Of a stretch of DNA of 41,547 nt, positions 18,686 to 27,604 are shown in pieces. Both the position numbers and the translations under genes were made by a program. This DNA comes from a virus (taxonomy: Duplodnaviria > Caudoviricetes). Every line of letters starts with the position of its first letter. The first letter of the stretch is position 1. The notes beneath the pieces were generated by a model that worked only from the letters and a program-made list of their open reading frames with translations, did no database searches and was not told the origin of the DNA. Location of the stretch: the IMG/VR virus record IMGVR_UViG_3300027798_000087, positions 1 through 41,547 of that record, one strand, 5' to 3'.

Positions 18686-19873
18686 TTAATAAACTTTTGT
18701 TAATGTAAAGTTTCGTGAGAATATTGAATTATCTACATCAGCGGTATCCCACTGTGCAGTGATTACCAATGTATTACTTATTGTAGTGTCAAAGGTAGTA
18801 GTATTAAGTTGACTCAAAACATATCCTTCAAATTGAGTTCCTCCATTTCTAATGTAAGAGAATAATCCTCCAGATGAAATTGATGCAGTGCCAGTTCCTC
18901 CTAATGTTCTAACTGTAAAATACAAATTCATTATCCAAGATTTACCAGTTGCAGCAGCTAAATCAATTATTCCAGTGTCAGCAAGAATTGTTCCTCCTAA
19001 TGTTTTAACACGAATGTGTACTGTTGATGCACTTGTACAAGAAATTAAACCATCTAATGCACAAAGAAATGAATCTCCAATAGAGAATGCGTTTGCAGGA
19101 ACAGATAATGTACCCACTCCAGCCCCTATGATTGTTGTTTCTACAGCAGTTGCAGTTACAGGTGTACTATCAGCTGTTTGAGAAAATAAACCAAAAGATG
19201 CTGTAGCATTACTTGTTCCACTTGTTCCAGCAGTACCTGCTAAACCTGCAGTTCCTGCACTTCCAGATGTTCCAGCTGTACCGCTTGAGCCACTAGTTCC
19301 TGATGCACCAGTAAGACCTGATGATCCAGATGTACCAGTTAAACCAGAAGAACCATTTGTTCCTGATGATCCACTTGTACCTGAAGAGCCATCACCACCA
19401 GCAGCACCATTAAGATTTACAGTCCAATCACTATATGTTCCAGATCCAACTACAGTGATAGGAGGTCCTATAACTAATATACCTGTTCCAGAATCATAGC
19501 TTACAACAGAACAAATTTGATGATTTGTAGAATTATATGCTATTATAATATCTTGAGCTACAGTGTATGATAAACCAGTTCCTACAGTTAAAGTTGTAGA
19601 TGTTCCTAATGTAAATTCTGTAACAGAATCTGTTCTATATCTATCTCCAGATAATCCTGAAGAACCATTAGTTCCTGTAAGACCACTTGTTCCAGTGATA
19701 CCAGATGAACCAGATGTACCTGTAAGACCACTAGTTCCTGAAGAACCAGATGTTCCAGAACCAGATCCACTACCACATGCAGTTACACAAATAAGGCTTT
19801 CCATCTGCTTAGAGATGTTCCAAAGTAACTGAGATTGAGGGTCCTGCGAGAGGGGTCTAGATGGTATTGCCAT
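18686..19873 (-). CDS. Putative virion fibre/decoration protein with (G-T/S-S)n repeats and a C-terminal beta domain
   Basis: Two Gly-X-Y blocks separated by a ~75-aa beta module that is also found in ORF 37719..38840. Confidence 0.7.
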   Translation of the reverse strand: MAIPSRPLSQDPQSQLLWNISKQMESLICVTACGSGSGSGTSGSSGTSGLTGTSGSSGITGTSGLTGTNGSSGLSGDRYRTDSVTEFTLGTSTTLTVGTGLSYTVAQDIIIAYNSTNHQICSVVSYDSGTGILVIGPPITVVGSGTYSDWTVNLNGAAGGDGSSGTSGSSGTNGSSGLTGTSGSSGLTGASGTSGSSGTAGTSGSAGTAGLAGTAGTSGTSNATASFGLFSQTADSTPVTATAVETTIIGAGVGTLSVPANAFSIGDSFLCALDGLISCTSASTVHIRVKTLGGTILADTGIIDLAAATGKSWIMNLYFTVRTLGGTGTASISSGGLFSYIRNGGTQFEGYVLSQLNTTTFDTTISNTLVITAQWDTADVDNSIFSRNFTLTKVY

Positions 19874-19890
19874 ACGAAATGATTAATGCC

Positions 19891-19920
19891 CAAAGATATG
19901 TATTTTATTAACATATACAA
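19891..19920 (-). promoter_or_regulatory. Bacteroidota-type promoter for the fibre/peptide/GT operon
   Basis: Minus strand TTG (19920-19918), 19-nt spacer, TATCTTTG (19898-19891). Confidence 0.7.
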
Positions 19921-19976
19921 TGGGCTGGTTTAATTTGGTATAATCAAACTGATTAAATTACCTCTAATCAAATTGG

Positions 19977-20105
19977 TTATTTTCCTTGTCTGTTATATTT
20001 TTTAACAGGTTTATCTTTTGGACCTCTAGATTTTTGGTACTTACCATTTTTCCTAGATCCAAAATTGATCTTTTTAGAATCACCTGATGATTTAGCTTTT
20101 GCCAT
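19977..20105 (-). CDS. Small basic peptide, 42 aa (not in the ORF track)
   Basis: MAKAKSSGDSKKINFGSRKNGKYQKSRGPKDKPVKKYNRQGK; starts 5 nt after the endolysin stop. Confidence 0.65.
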   Translation of the reverse strand: MAKAKSSGDSKKINFGSRKNGKYQKSRGPKDKPVKKYNRQGK

Positions 20106-20110
20106 ATTGG

Positions 20111-20653
20111 TTATATTTTTGAAAAGTCGTACAACACCTTAGCTATCTCTTTAGCTAATTTGAATTCATTTGCTGTGTATACAGCCATGTCAAGTTTATT
20201 ATCGATGAAACACACTTCTAATAGTATATTCTCTGAGTTAGGACGCATCCAGCCTAGAGTCTTTCTAGCTGTATCTATTTCAGTTTTTACCCCTCCCCCC
20301 CTTTTCTTTAATCCTGTAACTGTATTTATAACATCAGCTATACGTTGAGCCAATTGTTTTTCAAAAGGAGTGCTTACATTAGGAACAATCACTTCAGTAC
20401 CAGTGCCTCCACCAGCATTAAAGTGTATATCCACAAGAACATCTTTAACTCCAAACTTACCTTTGATATAAGCTAATGTCTTAACTAAGGCATTAGTATC
20501 AGGATCTACATCAACAGATGCTCCTAATAGAGATAGTTCTTTAACTAATGCATTTCTGAAGCTAATTGCAAGGTCTCTCTCAGTGTAACCACCGTGAGCA
20601 GCACCTCCATCAACTCCACCATGTCCTGCAGATATAAATAGTTTTCTTGCCAT
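20111..20653 (-). CDS. Endolysin, N-acetylmuramoyl-L-alanine amidase (Amidase_3)
   Basis: SAGHGG.D.GA, TE, DIHFNA and ILLEVCFIDN zinc/catalytic motifs. Confidence 0.92.
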   Translation of the reverse strand: MARKLFISAGHGGVDGGAAHGGYTERDLAISFRNALVKELSLLGASVDVDPDTNALVKTLAYIKGKFGVKDVLVDIHFNAGGGTGTEVIVPNVSTPFEKQLAQRIADVINTVTGLKKRGGGVKTEIDTARKTLGWMRPNSENILLEVCFIDNKLDMAVYTANEFKLAKEIAKVLYDFSKI

Positions 20654-21255
20654 TACTTAACTTTGATTTTCCAATATGATTGAAATCCATAAATTAGTTG
20701 TTGATCAAATCCTACAGAACCAATGAAGATTCTATCTTGTCTATCCTTATATAAAAGTCCTACATGAGCAGACTTTATAGGAGTAAATTGACTTCCGTAC
20801 AAACCTCCTCCCAAATAGAACTGTCTAACAGGGACATAAGGTTTAGTAACTGTCACAGTTTTTTCAGGAATTGTGACAGAATAAGTGATTGAATTACCTA
20901 TAATCATATTAGCAATAACTGTATCAAAGACAGAAGCGGTCCCATAGGTGCCTAACTTATAGTCTGTCTTGAATATGTGCTCAGTAAAATGTCTACTGAT
21001 TACAGAATCGTATTGTTTTAATAACCCTGCATAACTTGTATCTGGTATATATTGAATACTATCTTTCCAAATAGTATCTCTCTTAGATTTTAAGAAGATT
21101 GGTTTACCAGGAGTAGTGTCATGGATAGTAACTAAGTTAGTTATAGTATCAATGTGCGGTAATTCAGGAGGATCTTTAGGTATGTATGAGCTTCTTTGTA
21201 AAAGTATTACAAACATTAAACAGGCAATGATTCCTACAAAAAGGTTATTTTTCAT
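20653..21255 (-). CDS. Membrane-anchored lysis-cassette protein, spanin candidate
   Basis: N-terminal TM helix and C-terminal amphipathic beta strands ending YWKIKVK; lies between holin and endolysin. Confidence 0.5.
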   Translation of the reverse strand: MKNNLFVGIIACLMFVILLQRSSYIPKDPPELPHIDTITNLVTIHDTTPGKPIFLKSKRDTIWKDSIQYIPDTSYAGLLKQYDSVISRHFTEHIFKTDYKLGTYGTASVFDTVIANMIIGNSITYSVTIPEKTVTVTKPYVPVRQFYLGGGLYGSQFTPIKSAHVGLLYKDRQDRIFIGSVGFDQQLIYGFQSYWKIKVK

Positions 21256-21457
21256 CTGTGTTGGTATTTTCTTCAGAGAAGAAGTTAGATAGAATTTTAG
21301 CTACAAAGCCTATAACAAATATAATAGTTCCCACTATCACATGACCATTCAATGTTGTCAGTCCACCAGCAAAAGTACAAGCAGATACAATAGCATCTGC
21401 AGCTTTCCTAATTGATTTAGGAGTGGGTTTCCAATATTCTGAAGGGCCAAATTTCAT
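21245..21457 (-). CDS. Putative holin
   Basis: 70 aa, two hydrophobic segments, charged C-tail; in the lysis cassette. Confidence 0.6.
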   Translation of the reverse strand: MKFGPSEYWKPTPKSIRKAADAIVSACTFAGGLTTLNGHVIVGTIIFVIGFVAKILSNFFSEENTNTDEK

Positions 21458-21759
21458 GGTTGTTTCTTTTTTACAAAGTATTTCAGATTCCTATTATCAG
21501 GAATTACAGCAATCATTTCATTTTTTACAGGAGGAACAGTTTCTCTTGAACCAGAGTTATCCATTGTCAAACTTGCTGTTTCCCTACCATACACCGCTCT
21601 TTCTAGATTATCAATTCTTGCATGGTCAGTTATTGTTTGAGACATCAAGAATTTCATATCAGTTCTAATTTCACTAGCTATACTTAAAATCAACAGTCCT
21701 ACAAGAGAAGCTAAGCTAGGAAATATCCACAGTTTAAATTTTTCAAATTGAGTTGCCAT
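21454..21759 (-). CDS. Single-TM coiled-coil protein (holin/antiholin-like)
   Basis: Hydrophobic residues ~10-29 followed by heptad-like RIDNLER. Confidence 0.5.
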   Translation of the reverse strand: MATQFEKFKLWIFPSLASLVGLLILSIASEIRTDMKFLMSQTITDHARIDNLERAVYGRETASLTMDNSGSRETVPPVKNEMIAVIPDNRNLKYFVKKKQP

Positions 21760-21786
21760 TCATGTATGTTTGGGGGCTTATGTTAT

Positions 21787-21816
21787 AAAAACAAAAATAC
21801 ACCTGATTTAGGTGTA
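21787..21816 (-). terminator. Intrinsic terminator/attenuator in the lysis-cassette leader
   Basis: Minus strand TACACCT-AAATC-AGGTGTA then TTTTTGTTTTT. Confidence 0.6.
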
Positions 21817-21862
21817 AAATTGGGTCAGTTTGACCTATGTAAGTTAGTTATAAAGTTCCTAG

Positions 21863-21894
21863 CAAAGCTATGTAAAAAGATTCATATATCCAAA
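21863..21894 (-). promoter_or_regulatory. Bacteroidota-type promoter upstream of the lysis cassette
   Basis: Minus strand TTTG (21894-21891), 20-nt spacer, TAGCTTTG (21870-21863). Confidence 0.7.
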
Positions 21895-21901
21895 TATTTT
21901 T

Positions 21902-22273
21902 TTATGAGTAGGGTTGATAGGATTTCTCCTCTACAAACTCAGATCCATACTTCATATTAATTTCTTTTTTAATGTATGCACGCTCATCATTTATTCTATA
22001 AACAGACCTAGCTAGTTCTATAAATCTAAGACTAAAGTCTCTATCTCTTTCACAAAGTCTAATGTCATCTTCCACCTTCCAAAGAGCTTGGTTCACTTGA
22101 AGTAGTTTATCTGTTAAAGGATCAAGTAAAATCTCAGGTTCAATCACTATGTTTAAATAGTTTTTCTCAGTAAAAACATTCTTAAGTTTATCCTTGTCTG
22201 TAATATTTAATGCTTTGATAGAAAGAATGGTCCATTTGTCCACAATTTCCCCAATACTTACTTCAATTTTCAT
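21902..22273 (-). CDS. DUF6165-like protein (family often linked to GT9 genes)
   Basis: MKIEVSIGEIVDKWTILSIK...LWKVEDDIR...FIELARSVY..ND.R...K..IN...GS..VEEKSY. Start moved to 22273 because the longer ORF spans the promoters. Confidence 0.75.
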   Translation of the reverse strand: MKIEVSIGEIVDKWTILSIKALNITDKDKLKNVFTEKNYLNIVIEPEILLDPLTDKLLQVNQALWKVEDDIRLCERDRDFSLRFIELARSVYRINDERAYIKKEINMKYGSEFVEEKSYQPYS

Positions 22274-22282
22274 AGTAAAATG

Positions 22283-22327
22283 TTGTTTTATTACAGCAAA
22301 TATAGTAAATTTGTATAAAATAACCAA
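22283..22327. promoter_or_regulatory. Overlapping divergent promoter pair
   Basis: Plus: TTG (22283-22285)-N20-TAAATTTG (22306-22313). Minus: TTG (22327-22325)-N20-TATATTTG (22304-22297). Confidence 0.75.
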
Positions 22328-22330
22328 CAA

Positions 22331-23287
22331 ATGAAACCAGTTTGTTTAAACCTGGAAGAGTGTAATGGATTGGGTGACCTCATCTGTGCTACCCCCACTA
22401 TAAAAAAACTTCACGATAGTTACCAAAGAAAGATTATTGTTCTCTCTAAAATGCCTGAGCTATTCAAGATGAATCCTTATGTAGAAGCTAGCTATAAAGC
22501 TGCTTCTGTAGATATGGATTGGTTTAAGAAGAATGCCATAGTGCATAACTCTTTCTATCTAGTAGGTAAGAAAGATGAGAGAGGTGTAGAAATGAAACAT
22601 AACATGATGGACATTAGACAGTTCCATGCTATACATCTAGGGTTTATGCTTAATGAAGATGAATTAGAATGTTACTATCAACCTACAGAAGAAGATGCTT
22701 GTACATATGGATTTAGTGATAAAAGTACATCTGGTACCAAGAGATACATAGTGATACATCCTGTTAACAGCTGGCCTAACAGAACTTGGTCACAAGACAA
22801 TTGGTTAAACTTGTCTAAAGAATTAGTTAAGTGGGGATATAATGTTGTAGCTATAGGTAAAAATAGTTCTGAGACAGGATTCTTTAATGTAGATAAACCT
22901 GTGCATGATATGGGCGGTGGTTATCTTACTAATCTAATGAACCAAACATCTATCTCTCAGACCTGGCACATAATCAATAGTGCTGCTGCTGTTATCACTA
23001 TGGATTCTGGTATCCTTCATTTAGCAGGTACAACAGAAACACCTATAGTTGAATTAGGATCTCCCATCAACCCAGAGTTTCGTAGACCACGTAGAAAGAC
23101 TAGTAAACACATATATGTAAGAGGAGGTTGTGGGCTACACTGTAGCTCCAATATGAAATATGCTCTTGAGTATTGGGACACTATAGATTCTGTACAGCCA
23201 CTAATTGGTTGTCTAGAGAAGAAAGAAACATTTGAATGTCATCCGTCTGTAGGACAAGTAATTCATGCAATTAATAATAATCTATGA
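22331..23287 (+). CDS. GT9-like (heptosyltransferase-type) glycosyltransferase with C-terminal Cys cluster
   Basis: GLGDLICATP, VIHP...RTW and MDSGILHLAG; CGLHC...C...FECHP. Confidence 0.85.
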   Translation: MKPVCLNLEECNGLGDLICATPTIKKLHDSYQRKIIVLSKMPELFKMNPYVEASYKAASVDMDWFKKNAIVHNSFYLVGKKDERGVEMKHNMMDIRQFHAIHLGFMLNEDELECYYQPTEEDACTYGFSDKSTSGTKRYIVIHPVNSWPNRTWSQDNWLNLSKELVKWGYNVVAIGKNSSETGFFNVDKPVHDMGGGYLTNLMNQTSISQTWHIINSAAAVITMDSGILHLAGTTETPIVELGSPINPEFRRPRRKTSKHIYVRGGCGLHCSSNMKYALEYWDTIDSVQPLIGCLEKKETFECHPSVGQVIHAINNNL

Positions 23288-25947
23288 AAAAACTATTAAT
23301 AATCACTCCTCATCTATCAACAGGAGGGGCACCGCAAGTAACAGTAAATAAGATAGAGCTTTTACAGAATGATTTTGACATCAAGGTGATTGAGTGGGAT
23401 TTAATTGCTTGGTCATTTGTTGTACAAAGAAACAGAATCATTAAACTTGTAGGAGAACAAAACTTCTATTCTCTAGGAGAGAATAAGTTTGAGCAGTTGT
23501 CCGCTATAATCGGACAGTTCAATCCTGATACAATATCTATGGAAGAATTTCCAGAGATGTTTATGAATACAGAGTGTGCTGACTATCTATATAGCACAGA
23601 AAGAACCTGGAGAATTATAGAAACTACACATGATAGTTCATTCAATCCTAAGAATAAGACATGTTTTCCTGATAAGTTTGTATTTGTTAGTGCTTATAAT
23701 GCATTCAAGTACATCGATCTTCCTGTTCCTATGGAGATTATTGAATACCCTGTAGATAAGAAAGAACGTAATAAGGTGGAGATGCAAAAGAAACTATCAC
23801 TTGACCCTTCTTATAAACATGTTGTAACTGTAGGACTATTCACTCCTAGAAAGAATCAAGCTTATGCTTTTGAAATGGCTGAGTACTTAAAGAACTATAA
23901 GATTAAGTTTCACTTCTTAGGTAATCAAGCAGGTAACTTTGAATCATACTGGCAACCACTAATGCAAAACAAACCAAAGAATTGTGTTGTGTGGGGAGAG
24001 CGTGATGATGTACCTGATTTCTTAAAAGCATGTGATGTATTCTTCTTCCCTTCTAAGGGTGACCGTGGTAATAAAGAGTTAAATCCTATTGCTATTAAGG
24101 AAGCTTTGGAATATGAAGATATGATTAAGGTGATGTATAACCTAGATGTATATTGTAATAAGTATGACGATGAGGCTAACATGGTTTACTTAACTGGAAA
24201 TATAGTTAGTGATGCTACCAATTTAACAGAAAGATTAAACCTAGATGCATTAGATGAAGAGTGTATCATACTTGGTACATATCCAAACATTAAAGATAGA
24301 GTGGAGCTTACAAAAGAAACCATACTATCGTTAAAGCCATTAGGTAGAAAGATTATACTTGTAAGTCACTATCCTGTAGACCAGGAGATTCAACGTATGG
24401 TAGACTACTACATCTATGATGAACATAACCCTCTTACACATCACAGCTATTATACTAGATTCTATAATGATAGAGCTGACTACTTTGCTGAGATAAATAT
24501 CAATGGTCTTAAGGATAGTAACCAGTCTCTTACAGTGTTGACTAATATGTTTAATGGTGCTAAAGCTGCTAAGCAACTAGGCTTTAATAGATTCTTTTAC
24601 ACTACATACGATGTTGTGTTAAATGAGAATGATATACCTGCAGTGAATGATGCATTCAAGACAGATAAAAAACTTTATGCAGCTACACTTCCTACACCAC
24701 AGGGACTAGGAATTCAGACTAATGGTATAATGTTTAACACAGACTTCTTCCTAAAAGAGTTTGATGATGTACGTACACCAGAAGAATGGAATGAAGTGTG
24801 TACACGCAGAAGATGTGAAAACTACTTAGAAGAGTATCTATCTAAGGTGATCTATAGTTTCAATCCAAATGATATACAATTAGTTACTAATAATAAAGAT
24901 ACTATATTGGTTAACAGCGGATTAGGTGTTGCATCTAATAGTGAGTATTATTCTATCATTCCTGTTATTGGAAAACCAAACATGTACATGTTCTATTTCT
25001 TTACATATAACAGAGACAATAGATTCATTTATGTAAGTATTGGAAATGATATGTCAAAGAGAATAATCCCTTCTCAAATACATGAGTGGGCTTATGAATT
25101 TGAATTTAAAGGAACTCCTATAGATGTGCAGATAGATTTCTATGATGGAGATAATTTCTACAAGGTTGAGAAGTATAACTTAAATAAGGATAACCTAGAT
25201 AAGTATCAAAGCACTGGTAAGTTCCAATGGAAGAATAAAACAGAAAGACCTAAAATTAAATTAGTTCACATACAAACTACATTAAACGATGAAAGAGAAC
25301 AACAAAGTAGAGACTCCCTTATTGAAGTTACAGACTATGGATGGAAATATGTCTTACAACTTAACGTGCCCTATGCAGACTTACCACCCAAGTCTAACTG
25401 TATCAGACCCAATTGTGTTTCAATGGAACTCTTCGATGAAGCAAGAATTCAACAATATGGTACTGCACTTACCCCAGCACATTATGGATGCTATGAAGCA
25501 TTCAAAAATGCCATCCTAACAGAATTCCATGATTGTGATTTCTTAATAGTATGTGAAGGAGATTGTATTATAGAAGGAGATGTTAAGAATTTTATAGATA
25601 CAGTAGAAGCATGTACACATAATGTCAATGATCACAATATACACTTTATGTCCTTTGGAGATAAAGATACATTAGAACATGGCTGGCCTCAAAGTCCTAT
25701 AGTAGAAAACATTAATGATGTAATGTATGTTACTAACCATATTATTGGTTTACAATGTATTATGTTCCCAGCTAAAATTGCACAAGGATTAAAAGAAACT
25801 GTAAGAATGCATCATTGGGATGCTGCAGACATGTATTTCAATCATATCTTTGCAGGACACAAAATGGGTATTCTACATAACAGAATCACTACACAAGCAG
25901 ATGGATTCTCACTAATCGATAACTCACATAAAACATTTAGAAAATGA
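23284..25947 (+). CDS. Multidomain glycosyltransferase (GT4 + putative GT-A + GT25-like)
   Basis: PHLSTGG, GLFTPRKNQ, DVFFFPS...ELNPIAIKEAL; middle IILVSH.P...YD domain; C-terminal HYGCY...LIVCEGD. Confidence 0.8.
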   Translation: MKKLLIITPHLSTGGAPQVTVNKIELLQNDFDIKVIEWDLIAWSFVVQRNRIIKLVGEQNFYSLGENKFEQLSAIIGQFNPDTISMEEFPEMFMNTECADYLYSTERTWRIIETTHDSSFNPKNKTCFPDKFVFVSAYNAFKYIDLPVPMEIIEYPVDKKERNKVEMQKKLSLDPSYKHVVTVGLFTPRKNQAYAFEMAEYLKNYKIKFHFLGNQAGNFESYWQPLMQNKPKNCVVWGERDDVPDFLKACDVFFFPSKGDRGNKELNPIAIKEALEYEDMIKVMYNLDVYCNKYDDEANMVYLTGNIVSDATNLTERLNLDALDEECIILGTYPNIKDRVELTKETILSLKPLGRKIILVSHYPVDQEIQRMVDYYIYDEHNPLTHHSYYTRFYNDRADYFAEININGLKDSNQSLTVLTNMFNGAKAAKQLGFNRFFYTTYDVVLNENDIPAVNDAFKTDKKLYAATLPTPQGLGIQTNGIMFNTDFFLKEFDDVRTPEEWNEVCTRRRCENYLEEYLSKVIYSFNPNDIQLVTNNKDTILVNSGLGVASNSEYYSIIPVIGKPNMYMFYFFTYNRDNRFIYVSIGNDMSKRIIPSQIHEWAYEFEFKGTPIDVQIDFYDGDNFYKVEKYNLNKDNLDKYQSTGKFQWKNKTERPKIKLVHIQTTLNDEREQQSRDSLIEVTDYGWKYVLQLNVPYADLPPKSNCIRPNCVSMELFDEARIQQYGTALTPAHYGCYEAFKNAILTEFHDCDFLIVCEGDCIIEGDVKNFIDTVEACTHNVNDHNIHFMSFGDKDTLEHGWPQSPIVENINDVMYVTNHIIGLQCIMFPAKIAQGLKETVRMHHWDAADMYFNHIFAGHKMGILHNRITTQADGFSLIDNSHKTFRK

Positions 25948-26615
25948 TAGATGTAATAATACTTACAGATAGTACAGATGTAGCTTTAACACAGCGTACA
26001 ATAGATACATTACATTACACTAATACTGTATATCCAATACATGTACAACTTGTAGATTCAGGAACTAATGATCCACTTAGATATAGAGGCTATAGTAATT
26101 ATATACACCCTGAGAGCTCATTCAATTACAATAAGTTCTTGAACATAGCTATTACCTATTGTACTGGTAAATGGGTTGTTATATCTAATGATGATGTAAG
26201 CTATGAGAAACATTGGTTTACTGAGATGATGAATGTATATGATCAAAGACCAGACATAGAAGCATTCTCTCCTAAAGATCCATTATTATACATGCGTTAC
26301 TTCCCTAACCATTTTACAGGAGGAACTGATGATTATTTTGAATCTTGGGCTGTTACAGAATCTTTACAGGGATGGTGTACAATGATTAAAAGAACAGCAC
26401 TAGATAAAATACTACCATTTGATGAGATGTTTGATATGTACTATCAGGATAATGACTATGCTGAAAGACTTAAACAAGCAGGAATCAAGCATGCTCTTGT
26501 AAGAGATTCTATTGTTTGCCATATGGAAACATTAAATGTACAGCAAATAGGAGAAGCTAAGGCTAGGAAACTTAAAATAGATGAAATTAAATTCAGAACT
26601 AAATGGCACCAGTAG
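25944..26615 (+). CDS. Glycosyltransferase family 2
   Basis: LVDS, FNYNKFLN, SNDDV, FDEMF.MYYQDND and VCH. Confidence 0.85.
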   Translation: MIDVIILTDSTDVALTQRTIDTLHYTNTVYPIHVQLVDSGTNDPLRYRGYSNYIHPESSFNYNKFLNIAITYCTGKWVVISNDDVSYEKHWFTEMMNVYDQRPDIEAFSPKDPLLYMRYFPNHFTGGTDDYFESWAVTESLQGWCTMIKRTALDKILPFDEMFDMYYQDNDYAERLKQAGIKHALVRDSIVCHMETLNVQQIGEAKARKLKIDEIKFRTKWHQ

Positions 26616-27595
26616 CTATAATAAGTGTCTATCCTTCTAATGATAGAATCATAAACATCCTTAACAGATGTATACATACATATAAGTCAATAGGGTGGGA
26701 TGTAATAGTTACTAGTCATCTTCCATTAGATGAATCTACAACTAAGAATGCTACATACACTATATATGATAGTGACAACACTTTCCTAAGACATGATCTT
26801 TGTCCTGTGTTTTGGAACACATGTGCTGGTACAAAGATAACCATCCCCACATGTGGACATGTTCTTCCTATATGTAGGAACATAAAGCTTGGTACAACCA
26901 TGGCTAAAGCTCTTGGCTATACACATTTTGTATTTACAGAAGCTGATGTACTACTAGGAGGAACTGATTTAGAATTGTTAGAGTCTTATATAAAAACTCT
27001 AGATGATGAAGATAAGAAGATGTTGTTCTTCAGACCTGAAGAGTATAGAGGAATTAATGGTTCATATGTATATGAGTCATTACTGTTTGGTGGAAATGTG
27101 AATTATTTTGTAGATGAGTTCACTCCCCCCCTATCATCAGAAGACTGGATAAATTTCAACTTTGGTCATACATTAGAACTATCTTTCTATGAGAAGCTTT
27201 CACATGATGAAGATAAGTTCTTAATAATCAACGATCATAGTTCTAACATATTTAAAGCTAGTGAAATTAATGTATTAAGATTTGGATTCTTTAATTGTGA
27301 GATGGTGTATAACACTCCTAATCCAGAGAAGGTGGCACTATATATAATGAACTATTTAATAGGAGAAGAACAGATTAAATATATAAGTATTTATAAAAAT
27401 AATGTTATCTTTACAAACATAATTCTTTATAAACATGGCTACTGGTTTGCTGATTTTGATATTGATGACACTGAAGTAGTGGTAGAGGTTTATGCAGATG
27501 CTAATAAAACTATATTAGAAACATCTAAGAAGTATGTTTTGAATAAACAATTAAAAGATACAGCTCGTGAAAGAGGTGTATTTGAAATAATTTAA
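26603..27595 (+). CDS. Putative glycosyltransferase, paralogous to the middle domain of 23284..25947
   Basis: Shared II..YP...K.(L/I)G...I..SH.P...(I)YD..N and AK.LG(F/Y)..F...D motifs. Confidence 0.55.
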   Translation: MAPVAIISVYPSNDRIINILNRCIHTYKSIGWDVIVTSHLPLDESTTKNATYTIYDSDNTFLRHDLCPVFWNTCAGTKITIPTCGHVLPICRNIKLGTTMAKALGYTHFVFTEADVLLGGTDLELLESYIKTLDDEDKKMLFFRPEEYRGINGSYVYESLLFGGNVNYFVDEFTPPLSSEDWINFNFGHTLELSFYEKLSHDEDKFLIINDHSSNIFKASEINVLRFGFFNCEMVYNTPNPEKVALYIMNYLIGEEQIKYISIYKNNVIFTNIILYKHGYWFADFDIDDTEVVVEVYADANKTILETSKKYVLNKQLKDTARERGVFEII

Positions 27596-27604
27596 ACCAA
27601 TAGT

